Shown piece by piece: positions 21,692 to 32,701 of a stretch of DNA of 64,000 bases. The stretch lies in the IMG/VR virus record IMGVR_UViG_3300050122_000027. One strand, written 5' to 3'. This stretch comes from a virus. Positions within the stretch are counted from its first letter, which is position 1. Every line of letters begins with the position of its first letter. The translations under genes and the position numbers were made by a program. The notes under the pieces were generated by a model. That model did no database searches. It was not told where the DNA came from and was given only the letters and a program-made list of their open reading frames with translations.

Positions 21692-22858
21692 CCGTTGCCC
21701 TCAATTTGAATAACGGTACGTGGAAGCAGTCCGTCCGGTGAACCGCTGTAGACGCCGAAATACTCTTGTAGAATGGTTGTCAACAATGCTCCATTAGGAG
21801 CAACATAGAACATTGTGTACATACCATCAGCGAACTTGCTTGTGTCAATCTTGAATTCCCAAAGCTGTGTAGGGCCGGGAAATGTGTATGTTGTTGTTAC
21901 TGCAAGGTTCTGTACAACTTGCACCTTTGGATCTGGGTTCGGCATCTGGACGAATGTTTTGCTTGCCCAATCATACACTGTTCCATTATAAAACAGTGTG
22001 ATTCCTACTTGCTGTGTGCCAGGTCCAATATATTGGACTAAGTAAAACGGATTGCGAACCCAAAGAGCCATATCGCCTCCTATGATTGCATATGTCGAAA
22101 ACGTTCAATCGCGTCAGCCATTCGCAATGGCATTACTTCGCGATCTTGTTCAATCTTCATAATATCGAATGTTCCATCATTGACGAGAATGGTTGAAGGT
22201 CGGAAGATGATTGCCAAATCATGATCGATCTTCTGAAGCTGAACTGTTTGATCCATTAACTCAAAGAATCCAAGAATCTTAATCATGCTGAACGTAACAG
22301 CGAAGCCACTGTTTTGATTATATAGTTCACGACACGGATTGTTGAGAATACTGCAAGGATCAACTTCGATCAACGCATTGAGCCGATCAAGGGTCTCTTC
22401 ATCCCATTTATCATGGGGTCGAATCCAACGCCCAATTTTATCAAGATCGCGACCTTTGGTATCGATCTCGCTGCAAGGATTGGGGACTCGCACACCAAAT
22501 TGATTGATGTAGCCACTTGACATATTAGGTGTGTACCCGAAATTGATCATAATAATCCTGAATAGAATAGCGGGGCGTCCGTTCCCCGCCTAGTGTCAAG
22601 AGCTAAACACACCATCCTTGTCGAGTTTGCCCTTGTAGGTTGAATCAGAGTGACTGCGAATAATGATTTCGACCGGGCCTTCTTCGACACGTTCATCAAT
22701 GGTGATTGTAAAATCACCTTGTGGACTATTCACAGCAATGCCTTCAACCTCGCTGTGTTCAAACTTGACCGTTGCGTCGCAACGTAAGCCTTTTACATCC
22801 CTGGGATTGCCTTCAATAACTTTGATCATGATATCTCCGGTTGTTGGTTAGTAACTAA

Positions 22859-22926
22859 ATGTTAAGTGTGGAATCGAACCACAATCGCTAGGGTTCCCTA
22901 GTGCTCGACCGTTGAGCTACTTAACA
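22859..22926 (-). ncRNA. tRNA-like RNA with anticodon deleted
   Basis: TGTTAAG/CTTAACA acceptor; canonical D- and T-arms; anticodon stem CTAGG/CCTAG closes only GAAC. Confidence 0.75.
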
Positions 22927-22936
22927 CCCTTTCCCC

Positions 22937-23081
22937 TAATAGGTAGCCTAGGACCTACTAGAGTTCTGTAACATATGCGGTATGCTGTCTTTTACACCAT
23001 AGCCCGAAAGCTTGAACCTCCGCATGTTTTGGCAAGGCTCAGAACAGGCACCTTTTGAAGAACATGCTTGCCGCCATGTTC
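22937..23081 (-). ncRNA. multi-branch structured RNA candidate
   Basis: GAACATG/CATGTTC; GTTCTG/CAGAAC; AGCT-TTCG-GGCT; TAGTAGGT/ACCTATTA; no ORF. Confidence 0.45.
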
Positions 23082-23144
23082 AAGTAATCCCATTCTTAAT
23101 AGGCGTTCTCTGACTAAGATATCCATCCAGGCGTCAGAAACCGC

Positions 23145-23402
23145 TTATCCGGAAAAATGCTTTTCAAGAGTAAGAAACGTCTTCGCGTCCTTGTGTTCTT
23201 CCCACATCTTCTCGAAGCGTGGCTTGCCGTTAATGATCTCCTCGAATTCGCTTTCCACGCGGTCGTAGTTTTGCCCTTCGGCATTACGATAATGAACTCG
23301 GCGTTGCTTGGCAGGAGCTGCATTGTCCGCATTGATCGCCGTGGCAACGACACGATATACGTTGCCTGTCTTGTGATGAATGTACAAACCAACTACAATC
23401 AT
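23145..23402 (-). CDS. DUF1653-like protein
   Basis: GLYIHHKTGNVYRVVATA...VHYR...R..SEF...I.GKPRF. Confidence 0.65.
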   Translation of the reverse strand: MIVVGLYIHHKTGNVYRVVATAINADNAAPAKQRRVHYRNAEGQNYDRVESEFEEIINGKPRFEKMWEEHKDAKTFLTLEKHFSG

Positions 23403-24374
23403 GGACGCCTCGCAGGTTGCAATAGTTCAAGTGTACGTTGCCACCATTCTGGATTCTTGATGCCTCGGATCTCGAAATTAGTAATTGCGATTTCGAGATC
23501 CGAATTACGCCAATCGTCGAAGAAGTCTCTAACCCTTTGGCAATTCGCCACCGACAGATCCAGGTGGGCCTTTAGGGTCGGCGTGCTTAACTTCGACTCC
23601 ATGAGTGTCAGCGATCTTGAGATTGTCGGCTTGTTTGATCGGTTCGGGCTTGCTTGGAGCAAGCAGAAAGGCATTGAGTTCCTTCTTGAATGCCTCAGGG
23701 AGGAACGGTTTGTCGCGGATCTTCTCCAGTTCTGCCCGATCCGCTTCTCCGAGCTTCTTGCCGCTCTCGGGGCCGCAGTCCTTCGGAATGACGAGAGCGG
23801 CGAGTTCCTCCATCGGCTTGGGCTTTGTCAAGCCCATCTTCTTGTCTTCGCAATCCTTTTGGGCAGCTTCTTGCGTGTCGCCGAAGCCTTCGGCTCCGGT
23901 GTCATTGCATGTCGCAACAATTTTTCCACCTTGGCGAGCGAACTGGTATGTGCCTGTCATCTTCGTTCCTTTGATTGTACTCTCAAATATCTCCTGATTT
24001 CATGAGTGCAATATAGGCCGCGATCTCTTCTTCTGTTGTGAATACGGCACCAACAGGTTCGCCCGGTTCCGGCAGATCGCACGGTTCCAATTCTTCGGGA
24101 AGAATACCAAAGACTTTTCTCTCGAACACAACAGCATTATACAAGCCGAGAACGAGCACTGTCAGTTTGACAATGCCATCTTCTGCTTGGTAAAAGCTGT
24201 AGACTTTGACTTTGTGGTCGCTCGTTTTCAAGCGATACAGGGTCCACGGATTGAAATTCTCCGCGACCACACGAATAGGCTCAGGTCGCTCAGCGACCCA
24301 AGCATTCCAAGAGTTCCGTTGCTCAGGTGTGGGCTCAAATAGCGGCTTCATGTTCAATATCTCGATTGAAAGAA

Positions 24375-24386
24375 GCCATCCGTGGC
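24375..24386 (-). promoter_or_regulatory. CsrA-type GGA hairpin
   Basis: GCCA-CGGA-TGGC, intergenic. Confidence 0.5.
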
Positions 24387-24399
24387 AAATAAATCCTAC

Positions 24400-24564
24400 T
24401 CAGTCGCGAGGTACGTTCCCCGATTTGCCGGGTGCCGTGCTCGGAACCGGCTTCTCGGGAACATGCTTCGGATCGCTGTGCGGTTTGCCGGAATCGTGCT
24501 TGGTGGGCTCGTGCTTGGCCGGCTCGTGCTTGATCTCTTCAGGATGCTTCGGATTGTTTGCCAT
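24400..24564 (-). CDS. small His/Pro/Lys-rich repeat protein
   Basis: KHEPAKHEPTKHD repeats; AAGGGAAG RBS. Confidence 0.5.
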   Translation of the reverse strand: MANNPKHPEEIKHEPAKHEPTKHDSGKPHSDPKHVPEKPVPSTAPGKSGNVPRD

Positions 24565-24594
24565 TGTGTTCTTCCCTTGACTGAGATTGACGAA

Positions 24595-24607
24595 AGCCAT
24601 CCTGGCT
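24595..24607 (-). promoter_or_regulatory. CsrA-type GGA hairpin
   Basis: AGCCA-GGA-TGGCT, intergenic. Confidence 0.5.
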
Positions 24608-25030
24608 ACCGATACTTCCTATACGGTTTCGACTTCTTTGAGGTATGCGAAAACAACCTCATGAGCCGCATTGATTTGTCGGGTATCTTCTTCCATCTCT
24701 TCGGCGTCAGGAATGTTACCTGTCCAAGCATGCCATTGATGGAATGCTTCTTCAATCAATTTCTTGGCACGGCTCGAACGATTGGAACGTTTCTTACGAA
24801 CACGCTTCTTGACGAAGAATTTGAATTCCAAGTATGAAAGCGTGATCGCATGATCAAGAAATTTGACTTGATCTTGGAAATCGAGTTTTGCGAGTTCAAT
24901 AATGTTTGGCAGTTTGATCCTGCCAGACGTGATAGCATCAATTGCTGCCGGTGCGAACTGATGGCCGCCTTCTGGATAATCTAATTTCATGGCGTTCTCC
25001 GATTGCAATAATCATCCTTGAAAATATATC

Positions 25031-25501
25031 CTAACCGTTCCAGACTTTGCCTTGCAGGATTTTATAAATCCCGTAAATACCAATCTTCCCTTTGAATCTT
25101 GGCATCTGTGATATTTCTTTTACAGAAATATCAAAAAGTCTAAGTCGTCGAATCTCATCTGCATCAGCTTGTGTAAGCCAAGTATGGTGCGATCCACCAA
25201 TTCCACCTGGCTGTCTATTTTTACTTGCACAATCGGCCATGTTGTCTTGATGTGTGCCGTCAATAAGATGATCGGGACGACAACAGCGTGGATTGTCGCA
25301 AGTATGTAAAATATTTCTATCACCAGGCCAAACACCAATAGTAAGATAAAACGCAATAATATGTGTTCTGTATTGTCTTCCTTGATACGTTACAACACCA
25401 TAGTTGCCGTTAACTGTGGCACCTGTCCAAAGCCAACAACCTTCTGACGAAAATTGAACTCGTTTCCAGAATTCTACTTTATCAACGATTGGAATAATCA
25501 T
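25031..25501 (-). CDS. HNH endonuclease, MIIP family
   Basis: EGCWLWTG...ILHTCDNPRCCRPDHL. Confidence 0.85.
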   Translation of the reverse strand: MIIPIVDKVEFWKRVQFSSEGCWLWTGATVNGNYGVVTYQGRQYRTHIIAFYLTIGVWPGDRNILHTCDNPRCCRPDHLIDGTHQDNMADCASKNRQPGGIGGSHHTWLTQADADEIRRLRLFDISVKEISQMPRFKGKIGIYGIYKILQGKVWNG

Positions 25502-25521
25502 CTAACACCAAGAATAAGTAA

Positions 25522-25539
25522 GAGGGAATCCGTTCCCTC
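25522..25539 (-). promoter_or_regulatory. GGA-loop hairpin (CsrA site or terminator)
   Basis: GAGGGAA-CGGA-TTCCCTC followed by a T-rich tail. Confidence 0.5.
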
Positions 25540-25844
25540 CGGGGCTGAATCAACGTCCGCTGGCACCACGCCGAGGGGTATCGCCGGAGATCAGGAACAC
25601 GTCAGTTGGCTTGACGAAGTTCACGATCAGATCCTTGCCTTCCTCAAGCGGGTTGCGATTCCAGGCTTCGGACAGATTGTCCAAGCATTCCTGAGCGTCG
25701 GCCTCACGCTCGTACTTGAACCAATACATGCGACCGTCCGCATGTTCAATGTGAAAGTAACCCTTGATCTTGACAATCCGCATGCGGCTCATATCGACTC
25801 CCAAGCCAATCAACCCTAGCAATATTTGGAATGGACCGATCTAC

Positions 25845-25874
25845 AGTCTACCATGAATAAGGCGAACTATGCAA
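25845..25874 (-). promoter_or_regulatory. sigma70-like promoter
   Basis: TTGCAT-N18-TAGACT with TG. Confidence 0.6.
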
Positions 25875-26327
25875 GGCCAGTGTTTCCATTTTGTAACGTC
25901 CTATAAGACGTTCTAACGCATCCTTTGTTTACAGTGTCCTAACGTTCTATCTGCTATGTAAGATAGCTTAAAACGCATCCTAGAACGTCCTAGCGTTAAG
26001 ATAATTTGTACTGTACTTGTTTCGTTCGATTTCGCGACCCATGTCACTGATTGGCTTGCAGCCGTAATTGGATGAAAGATACCAACGCTCATGTTGAGTT
26101 AGATTCTTCAAATCAAAATGAAAAGCAATGCTTCCATAACCAATGTTAATAACATCATTGAACCAATAATGAGCCATTTGATTATTACAAGCGGACGAAT
26201 CAATTTCAATGTAGTATGTTGAATTAAAAAGTCCTATAAGATTACACTTACGGGTTTTACATGCAGATTGTATGAAATTATATTGACTTGGATTCAATTC
26301 TGCAAAACTGATTTTCACAATCATTCT

Positions 26328-26339
26328 GACATCCTTGTC
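26328..26339 (-). promoter_or_regulatory. CsrA-type hairpin over the RBS
   Basis: taaGACA-AGGA-TGTCagaATG; matches the ACA(R)GGAUGU consensus at the SD position. Confidence 0.65.
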
Positions 26340-26900
26340 TTAGTTTTGGTCCCACGGATATTTGGCTGAATTAACAACTTGAAATCCGTAAGATTGCATG
26401 AAATTGATCCAGTAATCAAGATCCTCATCTTCAGAATATCCTTCATCTCCGGTCTGATAGTTTCGTTCTGTTAAGCCAAGATACAACAGATTATCATCTT
26501 CACGAAACCAGGCTGCAAAAGGATTCGTGATTTCTTCTTCAAGATATGATCCCTGCTTGTTGGGACCAAAGAAAACCTTGTGTCCTTGTGCGGGAATAGC
26601 CGGAAGCAATACATCCTTGTGCATTACGACCGACTCTTCGCCGAACATAATCCTAATGAAGCAGCGAATTGGAATCAACGCTGGCGTCTCCAATCATCGA
26701 AGTCACTTTCATCTTCAAACAGGATCGCAAGAATCCGTCTCCATTTGGACTCGCGAACCTTCTGACTCGGAGCAACACTCTTGAACCAACGTTCGTTGGT
26801 TGAAGGTTGCTTGGCGACTGGTAGCAGCGGCGGCTTCTTAATATTCCGCATGAATCTCATTCCTTCCAAGTTTTACCTTGGGCAATATTGTATTTCGCAA

Positions 26901-27368
26901 TCAATCAGACTTCCATGTCTTCTTTGCAATAATCTTCCAAACCCCATCCCTACCAATTCTTCCTTTGAATTGGGTCATTTCTGAAATTTCTTTTGGAGAA
27001 AAATCAAATAATGCAAGTCTACGAATTTCAGCAACATCTTGTTGTGTAAGAAATGTTTGACTTGGTGGTTTGCATGTTCTACGACCTTTGCTTATACAAT
27101 CATTTATATTTTCTTTATTTGTACCACCGATCAAGTGGTCAGGACGACAGCATGGCGGATTGTCGCAAGTATGTAATATATGTCTGTCTCCTGGCCAAAT
27201 ACCAATTGATAGATAGAATGCAACAATATGTGTGTAATATCTTTGACCTTGGTACACAACTGTACCATAGCCATCATCTGTTCGATATCTAGTCCACGTC
27301 CAGCAGCCTTCTTCGGGTTTGTGGACCCAAGACCAGAATTCATTTGCATCGATGATTGGAATAATCAT
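26901..27368 (-). CDS. HNH endonuclease, MIIP family
   Basis: EGCWTWT...ILHTCDNPPCCRPDHL. Confidence 0.85.
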   Translation of the reverse strand: MIIPIIDANEFWSWVHKPEEGCWTWTRYRTDDGYGTVVYQGQRYYTHIVAFYLSIGIWPGDRHILHTCDNPPCCRPDHLIGGTNKENINDCISKGRRTCKPPSQTFLTQQDVAEIRRLALFDFSPKEISEMTQFKGRIGRDGVWKIIAKKTWKSD

Positions 27369-28147
27369 TTGCTGCTCTTGACTCCTCTGCAATATCAATA
27401 TATAGCTCGAGATTTTCTTCCCAATCATTCTCGTTAAGAATAGATAAGATGTCATCCCACGGCAGAGGAAGCAATAGTTTGTATTGCTCCATTGTGACAA
27501 TGCCGCGTTGCCAGCATTGCCACAATGAAGTAATACGTGTTGGATCAAGTTGTGGTGCATACTGTCGATCGCGAGGATCGGCTTCTTTTTCTGTTGATCG
27601 GAGAAGTTTGATTTCCCAATCAACGATTTGAAACCAATCCCATGTGTACATCGAATAACGGAGCTTGCCTTCTCTTAAGGCGTCGGAGTAGTGTTGATAT
27701 GATTCATGGTAATCGAGCCATCCTCGATTAGACAAATCGTCATACTTTGGATGACGCCCACCAAATAATAGAAACATCTATCCTCCTGATTAATGTTTGC
27801 TGTCCCATTCAGGGTCATGATCGACATTATCTTCAACTGTAATAGTTTTCGTCTTATCGCCTGGCTTAGCCGGAGCCTTGTGAATCTTCATCTGTTCCAG
27901 GACAGCTTTCTTGACAGTAGGCGGTAATTGATAAGGATCAATAGTCATACAATCTGTTTCAGGATTCAAAATTTCTTCTCGCCAATCACCATCTTTGGCG
28001 AAGCCATTGACAATGATGAAGGTGTCGGCGATTGTACGCACAACACCCACAGTCAATGTAGCGGCAAGTTTGCTGAAATAAACAACAATGCCACCGATTT
28101 CAAGTTCAGCTTCGTATATGTCTTTCATTGTGCTCGTGTTGTTGAGG

Positions 28148-29143
28148 CTACTGTGCTCTCGTTGCGTTGAGGAACCAACGATCGTTCGCCGTTCCATCAC
28201 CAACGAGAGCGTTCGCTTGACGGTCAAGCAAACTGCAACGACGTGCAGAGTCCACTTGATCCATATCGCGAAAGAAATGGTCCGAGTGAATGATTTCCCA
28301 AGCGTTGCAATAACGCTCGAAAGCTTGACGTTGGAAAATCTCGCTAACACGAAGCCGATGCTCGGCAACTCGGATCGCGGGAAGATCGCCCTTCGTTGCG
28401 TCGCAACAGAGCTGATCGATTGCGACAATGAATTTGGAGCCAACTGGTTGGCCACAGAGCCAAGCATACGTACTGAGCTGTGTTGCCCATTCCTTGTTCA
28501 AATGTTCAAGGTATGTGGCAACGTTGATCATGGTGCCGTCAACCATCATCGGTTGACACAGCTTGTGCGATCCGTGGTTCGTTCCACCAGCAGAACGCAT
28601 TTTCAAATAATGTGGCATCGGTGACGGTGCTTGTGCCGAGCAATAGCCGTTGACTTTGAAATCCAGGACGACAAGATGTCCGGCCGAATTGATGTATGTT
28701 GCGTCCGGCTTGCCCATCAGGACGACATTGCCGATCCGCTTTTCGACGCCTTCACGGTAGCCGTTGACAGCTCCCTTGACATCGAACTCGAACCTTGGAT
28801 TGGTTCCAGCTTGCAGCTCAAGCATCAGATCGCTGAGAGCACCTGTCTGCTTGTACTGCTCGAAAACGTATTTGCCGTGTTCCCAAGCCCATGTTCGGTG
28901 TTGTGATTCGACTTGTGCTTCGAAAAGCGTCTGCAAGTCGAACTTGGGATCGTTGCCCTTGCCAAAGAGCTTCTCATGAAGCCATGCCTTGACATAAGCG
29001 TCAAAGCTTGAACCGATTGCCATAGGTTGATTCTGAGGAAATCGTGGCGGTCGGTTCTCTGTCAAGTACCTCAAGTAATATTCCGAAGGATCTTTTTCAA
29101 AAACCGAAAGAGCCGAAGGTGACAAATATTCAATCGAACGCAT
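28148..29143 (-). CDS. PD-(D/E)XK (RecB/Cas4-like) nuclease
   Basis: YLSPSAL..F...P..YYLRY; GSSFD; GKPD; VLDFK. Confidence 0.75.
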   Translation of the reverse strand: MRSIEYLSPSALSVFEKDPSEYYLRYLTENRPPRFPQNQPMAIGSSFDAYVKAWLHEKLFGKGNDPKFDLQTLFEAQVESQHRTWAWEHGKYVFEQYKQTGALSDLMLELQAGTNPRFEFDVKGAVNGYREGVEKRIGNVVLMGKPDATYINSAGHLVVLDFKVNGYCSAQAPSPMPHYLKMRSAGGTNHGSHKLCQPMMVDGTMINVATYLEHLNKEWATQLSTYAWLCGQPVGSKFIVAIDQLCCDATKGDLPAIRVAEHRLRVSEIFQRQAFERYCNAWEIIHSDHFFRDMDQVDSARRCSLLDRQANALVGDGTANDRWFLNATRAQ

Positions 29144-29172
29144 CTGATGCTCCTAGTCTTGGATTGGAATAA

Positions 29173-29652
29173 TCAACTCTTCGGTTTCCAGGTATTACCT
29201 TTGCTAATATGGTAAATACCGTCGATGCCAATTTTTCCTTTGAATCTTGGCATATTAGCAATTTCCTTCGCAGAAATATCAAACAAGCGAAGGCGTCGAA
29301 TCTCGTCAGCATCCTCCTTCGTAATAAATGTATGATTACCATTTCCTCTATTACCGCGACCTTTGCGAATGCAATCGATACTATTATCTAAATTTGTACC
29401 ATCAATCAAGTGTTCAGGGCGACAACAGGGTGGATTGTCGCATGTGTGCATGACCAATCTATCACCAGGCCAAACACCGACTGACAAATAGAAAGCAATA
29501 ACGTGTGTATAATAAGAACGGCCTTCGTATCGAAAAGAACCGTAGCCGGATTTAAAACGACTCTCAGACCAAAGCCAACAGCCTTCTTGTGGTTGTTGAA
29601 CTCTGGTCCAGAATTCAATCCGTTCTTGTTCGCTGATGATTGGAATAATCAC
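29173..29652 (-). CDS. HNH endonuclease, MIIP family, flanked by 14 bp direct repeats
   Basis: VMHTCDNPPCCRPEHL; TGATTATTCCAATC at 29638-29651 and 29162-29175. Confidence 0.85.
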   Translation of the reverse strand: MIIPIISEQERIEFWTRVQQPQEGCWLWSESRFKSGYGSFRYEGRSYYTHVIAFYLSVGVWPGDRLVMHTCDNPPCCRPEHLIDGTNLDNSIDCIRKGRGNRGNGNHTFITKEDADEIRRLRLFDISAKEIANMPRFKGKIGIDGIYHISKGNTWKPKS

Positions 29653-30408
29653 GTTTCGGTGGTCCGAGATTGAACTCTTCGTGGAATGCTTTACATGCTT
29701 CGAAGATCGTAATCTCAGAAGCAATAGCGTCGGGTTTGTATTGTGTGCTGTACCAGGCAAATAATCTTACTGCCGACCAGTGAATAATCCGCTTGGGCAA
29801 TCGATTTGCAATAAATCCACAAAGATCACATTTGCAATCATACCAGAACGTTCCGTTCCGTATGGATACTTTCCAGAGTCTAAGTAGGGCCTTCACTGCT
29901 GATAACTACCTCCTCGATAGAGTAAATGCGGTGGCAATCGAAATGTTTGACGAGATATTCAATGAAAAGATCAAGTGCTGCACCATTGTCATCAACCCAA
30001 GGTTTCTTAAGTTTGGCATATTCTGAACGAACATATAATGCACTTCGCTTTTTGAAAGCTTCGAAAGCTGGTCCTTCTGTTTCCTCTGGTTTCTCAAGTT
30101 CCTTTTGCATTGAAGCTTGAAATTGTTCAAATAACATTCCAATATCAAGAGGGTTCGGTGCACCAAAATATTGCGGCTGTGACGACACATTGAAAAAATA
30201 AACATTCATGACAACTCCAGTTTGATGACTTGAGCAATCCAAATATCTGGAATTGCTGTCAAAAGTGTGGTAAGTGTAACCGTAGTTGACAATCTACGGT
30301 TATTGTTTTCATCCTCTTGGATTTCAAACTTCAAATCAAAATAACGATCGAGCTTTGTGATCAACAACATATGTGCCGGATTGTTGAGATCGATAGTAAG
30401 TGTCAAGG

Positions 30409-31473
30409 TCATGCGTCGAATTTCCTAAAAAATCTTCCCTCCTTTGGAATACCTTTGTCTGTCAGCTCACGGTACTTGAACGTGACAATCGTACCCAATG
30501 GAAAAGACAACGCATAATAAGGCATAGGAAGATCCTTGCCTGGATTCTGTCTTGCCCAATCACGAGCCTCATCATTGTTGAGACAACGTTCTTCGTCGGT
30601 GAATCCAGACAACTCGAACCGTTGGCCTTTGTATTCTGTAACCAAAGCTCCCATCATGCCAAGCAGTTTGGAGCCCTTGTCAGTTTCACGGCCAGCGGTG
30701 TAGCCAATCACCTTGGCTTCATCGTCTTCGTAGGTTTTCACCTTGAGGCAATCGTATGTACGAGTGTTTGTCCAAGGTGTTGCATACTTCCGAAGAACGA
30801 GACCCTCACCACCAGCATCAATGACTTGTTCCAGGAGATCATCAATACGTGTCTGTGCATTTGCTGTCCCGAAATCAAGTCGTTCTTGATGCACCAGTTC
30901 AAGATTACGAGATCCAGTCAACTCTTTGCTCAGCCATTTATAGGCTGATTCGAAACTGATGAATGAATCCACCAGTGGTGTTGTGACGTGTTGCTCGTAC
31001 CAATCAAGACATCCTTTGAAAGTCTTACGGTACTGTGGCTCATTGATCGTGCCATCAGCAAACACGATTTGTAATGGCGGTGTGTCAAACACACTGTACA
31101 TGATCTCCGACCATTCGGGGCCGGGGCGATGATGCTTGACAGTGCTCATCACAAACTGTTGTCGTCCAACACCGGCATACAATTCACCATCCAAGGGAAA
31201 CTCAGGAAGTTGATCAAGGAAATCATTCGGTGCATAGATCACTTTGCCGTAACGTGACCACAAGCCTGTTGCGATCGACGTATTGATCAGGCGAGCGTCT
31301 TTTTCAACATTGGCCCAAGGTACGTCATTTGCTTTCATACCTCGGGTAACACCGCCATCAAAGAAGCAACGCATGCCATCGAGTTTCTGACTCACGAACC
31401 ACCCGTTAATGGCATGACGTTTGGGGTCGAACGTGTGTGCAAGTTGAAGAAAGACCCTTTTTGCCATGATCAT
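30409..31473 (-). CDS. ATP-dependent DNA ligase
   Basis: SQKLDGMRC, LDGELY, VFDTP, EGLVLR, LKVK motifs plus OB fold. Confidence 0.92.
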   Translation of the reverse strand: MIMAKRVFLQLAHTFDPKRHAINGWFVSQKLDGMRCFFDGGVTRGMKANDVPWANVEKDARLINTSIATGLWSRYGKVIYAPNDFLDQLPEFPLDGELYAGVGRQQFVMSTVKHHRPGPEWSEIMYSVFDTPPLQIVFADGTINEPQYRKTFKGCLDWYEQHVTTPLVDSFISFESAYKWLSKELTGSRNLELVHQERLDFGTANAQTRIDDLLEQVIDAGGEGLVLRKYATPWTNTRTYDCLKVKTYEDDEAKVIGYTAGRETDKGSKLLGMMGALVTEYKGQRFELSGFTDEERCLNNDEARDWARQNPGKDLPMPYYALSFPLGTIVTFKYRELTDKGIPKEGRFFRKFDA

Positions 31474-31967
31474 TGTTCCTTAATAATGTTCAGGTAAGCG
31501 AATTTACCGAAATATTTCTTTGCTGCAATGTTGTAAGCTGTTGCAGCTTGTTGCTTTGAATAATATGTACCTAAGTATAGATACTTACCGTTGACGGTAA
31601 TCTGTGAAAGATACGTTCCTGATACTGTAAGGTATACTCCTTTGTATCCTGTTGTATTATGTTTTGGTGCAGGGCGATTTGACATATTTTGAGCATGCGT
31701 TGCTTGTCTCAAGTTATGTCTTTGATTGTTCAATCCATTTAAGTCTCTATGATCTATAAGACCATACATTCCAAATGCTTCTGCAATCAATGTATGTAAG
31801 TAAATCATACGCCCTTTTCTATATCTTGTTTCCCCTTTGAACATATTGCGAACCGCATAAATCATATCACCTTTTCGGCAAGCAAACCATCTGTAGTCTT
31901 GTGTAATGTTAGTGTCGATTTCATCAATCAATACTGATTCACCAGAATATAGTCGGAAGCTTACCAT
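31470..31967 (-). CDS. HNH-AP2 homing endonuclease
   Basis: IDHRDLNGLNNQRHNLR; TGYKGV; AATAYNIAA. Confidence 0.85.
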   Translation of the reverse strand: MVSFRLYSGESVLIDEIDTNITQDYRWFACRKGDMIYAVRNMFKGETRYRKGRMIYLHTLIAEAFGMYGLIDHRDLNGLNNQRHNLRQATHAQNMSNRPAPKHNTTGYKGVYLTVSGTYLSQITVNGKYLYLGTYYSKQQAATAYNIAAKKYFGKFAYLNIIKEQ

Positions 31968-32020
31968 GTAAAGCTTGTCCAATCCAATCAAGGGCCAATA
32001 ACAATGTAGCCTTCCTCTTC

Positions 32021-32050
32021 ATTGTACCATAGAAATAATCCGGGTGTCAA
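32021..32050 (-). promoter_or_regulatory. sigma70 promoter
   Basis: TTGACA-N18-TACAAT with TG; the upstream gene's TGA stop lies in TTGACA. Confidence 0.75.
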
Positions 32051-32701
32051 TACGAATCTTCGATTCGTTCCATCGCACTGATTGGATTGGGGATCATAGC
32101 AAGGAATGTAAAGTGATCTCTTGCTTGTGAAAGCTTTGTATGAGGACAAAGATTCTCTGTTGTAATATGTGTAATGTTTTCGATTGTGGTAAGCATTGCA
32201 CGCATTTCAACAACATAGTGTGTCCCGAATGTATTGTTGATCCAACGAACGAAATAATTCCAACCATCTAAGGGAACGAAGTCATTTTCAATCGTTTGAG
32301 TTTTCTTGACTTGTTTGGTTTCGTGAGTTGATTTCGCAATCACTGTGCTCAATTGTACAACAAGTTCATTTGCAGTATGCTCAAAATAAGAATTCAATTC
32401 AACAGGATTGGGAAAACGTAATTGTTCTTCTGAGATACGAACACCAGAATAACAACGAATGCGTTCAATTGCAATATTCACTACACCATTGTCTTTATTC
32501 ATTCTAATATCCTTGGTTTTCCTGTGGTCTCATTCTTCTTACATAGCTGATCGTATAAGCTACAATGTAGTTCAATAACTTTCCAGCCGGATCTTGATAA
32601 TCCAGCCAGCTTCGAAGCAAAGTCGTTCATCGTTGACGCTTGCCCAATCACTTGGGTCGTGCCGAACTCGTCCTTTGCACCGAAGCTGGCCATGAATCTC
32701 C

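Noticed and set aside
28148-29143. Cas4 or CRISPR system
   Set aside because: A generic phage PD-(D/E)XK nuclease with no Fe-S Cys cluster pattern, array or other cas genes.
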